A stretch of 64,000 bases of DNA from Chrysomallon squamiferum (lineage: Eukaryota; Animalia; Mollusca): NCBI GenBank assembly GCA_012295275.1, contig CM022675.1, positions 7,130,001-7,194,000 of the forward strand, read 5' to 3'. The notes under the pieces were generated by a model, which worked only from the letters and a program-made list of their open reading frames with translations, searched no databases and was not told the origin of the DNA. Shown piece after piece: positions 55,375-64,000 of this stretch (its first letter is position 1; each line of letters opens with the position of its first letter). The position numbers were made by a program, and so were the translations under genes.

Positions 55375-55448
<74 letters not shown>

Positions 55449-55469
55449 ATCTATCTATCTATCTATCTT

Positions 55470-55530
<61 letters not shown>

Positions 55531-57087
55531 GTGTCTATCTTCCTGTATTTCTGTATCTTATCAGTCCATCTGTATATCTGTCTCTCTATCTCTCTATCTG
55601 TTGCTCTTTATCATTCATCCATCCACCTATCACTCTATCTCCTTGTCTGTCTGTCTGTCTGTTACTTACTCTCTGTCTAGCAAAATATCAAAGAGATTTG
55701 GAGAAGAGTATTAACTGACACAAAGAAAGGGTGGGGCAGAGATACCTAGGCATAGAGATTAAATTTTTGTGATGAGAAAAAAAATACGTATGACAGGTGT
55801 CTTTGTTCAGGTAAATAAATAGCTCAGGTGTTAAAGATGATTAATGGACAGGTATTAACTGATTAATTGTACTTACATCTGTTTGCATTAGTAAGTTTAC
55901 CTGTGGGTGGAGAGAAATGTATATACGTGTGTCTGTGTGTGTGAGTGTGTGTGTGTGTGTGTGAGTGTGTGTGTGTCTGTGTGTGTCTGTGTGTGTGTGT
56001 CTGTGTGTGTGTGTGTGTGTTTGTAAGTGTGTGTGTTTGTGTGTGTTTTGTAAGTGTGTGTGTGTTTCTGTTTGTTTGTATAAATGTATGTGTGTGCATG
56101 CTTATGTGGATGTTTGTGTTTGTGTGTGTGTGTGTATGTGTGTGTTTTTGTTTGTGTGTGTGTGTGTACATGTGTGCATATTTATGTTTTGGATATTTGT
56201 GTTTGTGTATATCTTTGAGTGTGTGTGTTCTTGTATTTCTGTGTGTGTGTGTGTTCTGTATTTCTGCATGTCTGTGTTACACAGCCCTACATCAGTTGTA
56301 AAAACACATCAATTACATAGATTAAAATATCAAGTAAAAAATATTTTTTTTTTTTTTTTTTTACAATTGATGTAGACTTTTACTCAGCCCAGTATTGTTC
56401 GGCATATTTCAGTTTGCGATACTCAAAACCTCTTTAATGATTAATCTATTTCATAATCCTACATTCTGCATGCATCATGTCTGAGAGCTGCATTGTTATT
56501 TTATTTTTTTAATTTATGGCTGGGAGGTGTATACACAAGTTATTAAATGTCTGGCTGCTTTGTAAATGTCATCAATTTACAGAGAAAAAAATTGTACTGG
56601 GAGACATTTAAGTGCTAATTGTAAATGCATGTTTGTTGTTTCAGTTGTTAACAGATATGTCAGGGCAGAGAGATCTGGGGGTGGGGGTGGAGTCGGGTGG
56701 AGTTGGGTGGGGGGGGGGGGGGGGGGGGTGAGTCTTGTACGAGGTATATTTTGAAGTGATGGTGGTTGTGGATGTAGAGTGAGGTGTATATATCGAAATG
56801 GGGTGGGGTTAAGGTGTGTTTGGATTTAGGGGTTGGGGAGAGTATGAGGTGGGGTATGCATTCACTGTGGGGGGTTTTAGTTGGTGGGTAAGATATGGTT
56901 ATTTGTGAGCCAATATTTGACTGATTTTTGCTAACTGAAATAAAATAGCAAATATAAACATGCAGGTTCAGACACACAGACAGAAAGGCAGACAAACAGA
57001 CAGAAAATCAGACACACAGGCAAAAAGGCAGACACACATACACACAAATACACATACAGATACATATAGGCATATACATCCACACAT

Positions 57088-57118
<31 letters not shown>

Positions 57119-57714
57119 CATACAAAGACAGATTAATACACACATATACACAAACACGCAAACACACACACACATACCACAGAAACACACACTCAGACAA
57201 ACATACACAGACAAACACCACACAGTGAATAAAAATGTATTAATATACTATATTACAAATATTTACAACAAAAGAACTGGTTAGTGGGTACTAACATATT
57301 TATATGATTTTCTCATGTATGCAAGCCCTGTTTAATAAACTGCATATCTCCCTGCAACACGGAATGTATTGAAACTTGATCCAGATGTACTTTTATTGTT
57401 AATATTATTCAAAACACAACACAGTGCAACATACTCTGTTTTTGTTTTTTTACTTTTAACAGGGACTCAAGAATGTGGGGAGGAATTAAAGAAAAAAGAA
57501 AGCAGTGATGTAAATAGTAATATTGATAAAGAAAACGATCATATATATATTTATTTTTTTCAGTCTTTTTTTTTAATTTCTTTTTTGTTTTCATTTTCTT
57601 TTTTCTGTTTTTCATCTTTCTTTCCTTCGTGTCTTTCATTTTTCCTTACCATGCACATACACAGAAAAAACTCACATACATACAAATAAAAACAGCATAC
57701 ACAGACATACACAA

Positions 57715-58310
57715 GCAATTATATTATTATTACATTACATTATTTTATATTAATTTTTCATCATATCAATCAAATTATATTAATACATTATATTGCATTA
57801 TTTCATATTAATTTTTCATCATATCAATCAAATTATATTCTTACTTTATATTACATATTATTACTGCATTATGTTATTTTATATTAATTATTCATCATAT
57901 CAATCAAATTATATTATTACTGCATTATGTTATTTTATATTAATTATTCATCATATCAATCAAATTATATTATTACATTATATTACATATTATTATTACA
58001 TTACGTTATTTCCTATTAATTATTCATCATATCAATCAAATTATATTATTACTTTTTATTACATATTATTACTGCATTACATTATTTTATATTCATTTTT
58101 CATCATATCAATCAAATTATATTATTACATTGTATTACATATTATTACTACATTACGTTATTTTATATTAATTATTCATCATATCAATCAAATTATATTA
58201 TTGCTTTTTATTACATATTATTACTGCATTACATTATTTTATATTAATTATTCATCATATCAATCAAATTATATTATTACTTTTTATTACATATTATTAC
58301 TGCATTACGT
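57715..58310. repeat. AT-rich 60-75 bp minisatellite
   Basis: ttcatcatatcaatcaaattatatt occurs about 8 times. Confidence 0.9.
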
Positions 58311-59182
58311 TAGACATTATTTTTGTCAGTTTTATATATGTATCTGTCAACTTGATCTTTTCTTGACATTTGTTAATTTGCACCTCACCTTTTCTCAGTC
58401 AAAAAAAACCCCACACGTTTCCATAGCGATTATAAGCTGTCACCCCACTCCATCAAACTTGGCACTGTCCAATGAAAAGTCATGTTATATTGTCATTATT
58501 GATTAGTCGCTGTTTAACCAATCAAATCAATGCACACATAATGAATGATGGGGTTGGAATGTTTAAGAGAAATAAAAAAATGGATGAGACTGAAGTGAAT
58601 GATGAAAATTGATGATATATTGTATAGAACTGTTTACTGTTTTTTTTTATATTGCTTTACATGTTTTTATAAATTTGGTGAGGTTATACTACTACTACTA
58701 CTACTAATAATAATGATAATGATAATGATGGTGATGATGATGATAAAAATGATAATGATAATGATGGTGATGATAATAGTAATAATAGAAATAATAAAAC
58801 AATAATGATAATAGTAATAATAGAAATAATAAAACAATAATGATAATAATGATGATGACAACAATAATGATGATGATAATGATAATGACAATAACAATGA
58901 TGATAAAAACAATAATGATCATCATGATGATGATGAAAATAATGATAAAAATAAAAAAAGGAATAAAACAAAATAATTAAATAATTTGTTTTTAAAATTA
59001 CAAATGAAAAAACGTCAGAAGATTTTTTTGTCTCGGCTATGTTCTGTTTCATAAAGTTTAAAAATAACTGTGTGACATTTCTACCAGCCCAGTCCTAACT
59101 TGGTTTGTACATAACTGCCTGAGGTCTTTTGTCTTTGACAGTGAAATATAATCTGTAACAGTTTCATACATTTGAATTTTAA

Positions 59183-59221
59183 AAAGCATTTGTGTGTGTG
59201 TGTGTGTATGTGTGGTTGTTT

Positions 59222-59254
<33 letters not shown>

Positions 59255-59540
59255 AGAGAGAGACATTATATATAAACACAAACACTAACATTAATATATA
59301 TATATATATATATATATAAATGTCTAAATAAAAAATTTATATTTTAAGGAATGCATTTGTAATGAAAGTGTGTGTATGTGTGTGTGTGTGTGTGTGTTTC
59401 TCAGAGAGAGTTAGAGAGAGAGAGAAGACATGATATATAAACACAATAACAAACATATTAATATATACATTAATGTCTAATTGAAAATATTTATATTTTA
59501 AGGAATGCATTTGTAATGAATGTTTGTGTGTGTGTGTGTG
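59183..59540. repeat. ~170-bp tandem duplication with internal (GT)n/(GA)n
   Basis: tatataaacaca...aacatt..tatata...aatgtctaa...tttatattttaaggaatgcatttgtaatgaa repeated. Confidence 0.75.
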
Positions 59541-60175
59541 TTTGTGTTTGGTACACATACTCTCATTATTTTCAGCATTTGAAAAAACAAAAATGAGGTC
59601 AGAATGTGACCTTGTGCAATTTTCAAAATTTCAGTCGACATTATTTTGTTATTAACATATTTTGAACAAATGACATTCAACCGCATAACCTTTCATAATA
59701 ATGACCTTAAATGACCTGACCTTTTGTGATAATTCAGCAGCCACTTCCAAAAAATGTAAAACAAATGATGGTAATATTTATCATAATGATGATAATGATG
59801 ACATAGGTGATGATGATGATGATGATGACAATGATGATGACGAAGTGATGATAATGATGATGATAATATTAATATTAATCTTATTAATAATAATACTGTT
59901 ATTACTACTACTGCTACCACTAATAAATAATAAAAATGACAACAATGACAACAATAATAATCATCATAATAATAACAATAAAACAATGACAACAACAACA
60001 ACAGCAGCAGCAACAAATAATGATAATAAAAAATTATAATAAAAAAAAAATACCCCAGAATAATAAGAGAAAAAACAAAGTAAAAAAATCACAAAAAAAC
60101 ACCCTCTCCTATATCTTCTTTTTTTGTTCGATTTTGCCTGAAATTTCTGTACAATGGACCTTTTCTCAACGTGTG

Positions 60176-60255
60176 ACAGGAAGTGTTACTACGGTAACAG
60201 TAACGATGGAAAGGTTAACAAAGCTGGAGGTGGGGTAAAAGATTAGGAGGGGCGT
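60176..60255 (+). promoter_or_regulatory. Promoter-like motif cluster (ETS ACAGGAAGTG, X-box-like GTTACTACGGTAAC, GC-box-like GAGGGGCG)
   Basis: Motifs read directly; about 1.5 kb upstream of micro-exon 61724. Confidence 0.35.
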
Positions 60256-60306
60256 AAAAAATTGGAGTTATCAAAGCAGATTGTTTCCCTGGCTGAGGAT
60301 GTGTGT

Positions 60307-60810
<504 letters not shown>

Positions 60811-60814
60811 TGTT

Positions 60815-60903
<89 letters not shown>

Positions 60904-60908
60904 AGAGA

Positions 60909-60940
<32 letters not shown>

Positions 60941-61020
60941 GTGTGAGAGAGAGTGTTTGAGAGAAAGAGAGAGAGAGAGTGTGTGAGAGAGAGAGAGAGA
61001 GAGATTGAGAGAGAGAGAGG

Positions 61021-61066
<46 letters not shown>

Positions 61067-61236
61067 ATGTGTGAGAGAGAAATAGAGAGAGAGAAAAGAG
61101 AGAGAGATTGTGTGAGAGAGAAAGAAAGAGAGAGAGATATATTATGTGTGTGTCTATGTGATTTTATTTGAGAGAGAGTGTGTGTTTTTTTGTGTGTGAG
61201 AGTGAGAGAGAAAGATATTTTTTGTGTCTGTGTGTT

Positions 61237-61285
<49 letters not shown>

Positions 61286-61723
61286 AAGAGAGAGTATGTT
61301 TTTATATCTGCATTGATGTTTATAAAAGATGGAAATAGCTAGAGACAGAACAAAAAAAGAAATACAAAAAGTGGGGGGTATGAGAGAGAGAAGAAAAAAA
61401 AGGAGAGAATAAATGAGTGTAGGTAAGAATGACAGAATGAGAAAGAGAGTGTGAGACAGAACAGACAGAGATGAATAAAGATTATGGGAAAAACAAAAAA
61501 AATGAGAAAATTATTTGAAAAAGTTTAAAAGTAATATATAAATCTATAAAAATGATTGAAAAAAATAATGAGTGTTTAGTTTTAAGATTAACCCTTTTAA
61601 ACTCAGGATTTCATGTGTGTATGTGTTTGTTAGTGTGTATTGTTTTCAGTATATATGTTATGTATATATATTTTTATTTATATAATAATTTTTTTAAATA
61701 ATTTTTTTTTTTTATAATTTCAG

Positions 61724-61751
61724 GACAAAACAAGATGTTCTCATTAGAGTG
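61724..61751 (+). CDS. Putative 28-nt micro-exon (TKQDVLIRV in phase 2-0)
   Basis: Long poly-T...tttcag| acceptor and GTG|gtaagt donor. Confidence 0.55.
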
Positions 61752-61780
61752 GTAAGTTAATTTTTGTTTTTACATTTTTA

Positions 61781-61811
<31 letters not shown>

Positions 61812-62493
61812 TGTAAATTTGGGATAACTAATTTTTATGTATAAATTTTTTTTTAAATATTGTTATATTTTTTTTTACACCTTTTGCTTATTCAAAGGAT
61901 GCATAGGATGAAAATATATGGATATATATTTCTCAAATCAATTGTGTTATGCAATTTTGTTTCTCATTTTCCCTCCATTATTTTAACACATTTTTCTCCC
62001 CTGTGTAAAACATAATATATGTCACAGCAGATAATTCCAGATGTAATTTCAGGAAGAAATTATTATTTTTTTATTAATAAATATTATGACTTGTTTCCTT
62101 CAGCATGTTAATAATTTAAAAACTACATAAAAAAAAAAAAGTTTTCAGAATAAAAAACAAAATTCATTGTTTTTATTATTGAAAATAAAATATTTATTAA
62201 TTTAAATTTATTTTCAGCTTTGTTATTTAACTATTTTTTTTTTTTTTTTTATTTCAGATTTTTAATTTTTTATATATTTTTTTTAAATCATTTTTTTCAT
62301 TAATAATTCATCTTTTCATTTTATTTCAGATTTTTAAATAATAATTTACATTTTAATAGAATATATTTTTTCTTAGAAGACATGTTCGATTTTAGGCAGA
62401 AATGTTGTGGTTGTTGTTGCTGTTGTTGTAGTAGTAGTAGTTGTTGTTGTTGTTGTTGTTGTAAAAGATGTTTTCAGATTCATACTTCTACAG

Positions 62494-62519
62494 AAAAACA
62501 ACAAGAATCAAGATAAAAG
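62494..62519 (+). CDS. Putative 26-nt micro-exon (KNNKNQDK); alternative acceptor at 62478
   Basis: cttctacag| acceptor and AAG|gtaagt donor; in frame after 61724..61751. Confidence 0.45.
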
Positions 62520-63404
62520 GTAAGTCAAATTTTCTGTTTTATTTTTCATGTATTTGGATAGTTTGCTAATTAATTTGATTAATTAATTAATTGGTTATTT
62601 AAAAATCATTAGAACTATTAATATGCAAAACTGAATTTAATTAATTTATGTATGAATGTATATTTGTGCATATTTATGTGTGTATGTATGTATCTGTGTA
62701 TGTGTATGTATGTATGTATGTATGTATGTATACGTATATATGTATGTGTGTGTAAGTGTATGTATGTATGTATGTATGTATGTATATATATATATATGTA
62801 TGTATGTATGTGTAAGTGTGTATGTGTATGTATGTGTCTGAATGTATGTGTGTATGTGTGTGTGTGTGTGTGTGTGCATACATGCAGTACATATACATTT
62901 GTATATAGATAAATATTTAGTTTTTCTTTGTATAAATATGTATACCGTCAGCGTACCTTATATGTGTGTGTATTATATCAGGAATTCCCAAAGATATGCA
63001 AAACCTAGAAATGCTCAGAATACTTATACAAAATGACATCATTTTACCCTCTAAACTTTCATAACTCGAAATCCTACCTAACTGTACTACTAAGCTCTTC
63101 TAAAACCCACATAAATCATACTGAAGTATATCTAGCATACTGTTTGCCACCATTAGAATATAATGTATCATACAGTAGTGTTTAAAAATATTTTCAAATT
63201 GGTCAAAACTACGGAAGTGAAAATTGAATATAAAAACTGATAAAATATAAGTAGATCATAAACTCTTCAGTATTCTAGATTTATATAACAATTCATTACA
63301 TAACAATTAAGTTTATTATAGTGTATAATTAAATTATTATTTTTTTTTTTTTTTTCAAAACTACAATAAGTCAAAAACATGGATGCCAAAACCACATACA
63401 CACA

Positions 63405-63435
<31 letters not shown>

Positions 63436-64000
63436 GAGAGAGTGGCTCATTTTTTTATTATTTATTTTAAAGGACAGAAGTTCTCTTTAATAATTAGCTT
63501 TTCTATTTCAGGAAGCAGTTAATTAGCATTTAAAATTAACAGCAGGTCCCACTCGAAGGTTTTTTTTTTTAAATAATTAAACGAGACACTTACTGTGTCA
63601 GTTCAAGTGATTTATTTGCCTGGCAGAATTTAAAATATCACTTCACTTAATTTACTTAAAGGTTTAAGTGTATTTTCAAAGGGTTTTTTTTTTTTTTTTC
63701 TAGGATTCTTTTTTTTTTTTTTTTTTTTTTTCTCTTAATGTAGTGTAATTGTTAAGGTGTGAAAATCTATTCATGTGTGGATAAAAAAATGGTAACTGTT
63801 TTGTTTTGTTTTTTTTGTGTTTTTCTGCTTGACTGATTTTCGTGTTTATTTGTTATCTTTTTTCTCCTTCCTCGTACTTTCTCTCTATCTGCTTTTGTTT
63901 CTTTCATTTTCTGATTCTTTCTTACTTTCTTTTTTTCTTTTTTCTGAATTTTTTTTTTTTTTTTACTTTCTTTCATCTTTCACTCTTTCCCTCTTTTTTC

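Overview
AT-rich, microsatellite-saturated animal genomic DNA with GT-AG introns. The composition resembles a mollusc or coleoid cephalopod, but that is an inference. Almost all ORFs in the supplied track beyond 6 kb are translations of simple repeats. Genic content I can support: (1) the 3' part of a + strand gene with a giant exon (<3..5827, about 1,940 codons) encoding a disordered, repeat-built K/E/S/Q-rich protein, followed by small in-frame exons at 6066, 6693, 7760, 8355 and 16755. The distal half of the giant exon carries seven 1-nt frameshifts, mostly in compensating pairs, plus an in-frame TGA 30 nt before the donor. (2) A convergent minus-strand spliced fragment (25765-25707, 20667-20609, 18932-18814) that is open in one frame but looks ubiquitin-like when read across frames. 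(3) A probable + strand first exon ending ATG|gtgagt at 34545, with micro-exons at 61724 and 62494. Non-coding signals: dense both-strand CAGGTA/CAGGTG clusters, a recurring 23-bp TTAA-containing motif, paired CTCF-like sites, RFX X-box-like and nuclear-receptor-like motifs, and many local tandem duplications. I cannot assign any gene symbol. Consensus-sequence error is the simplest explanation for the frameshifts and must be excluded first.
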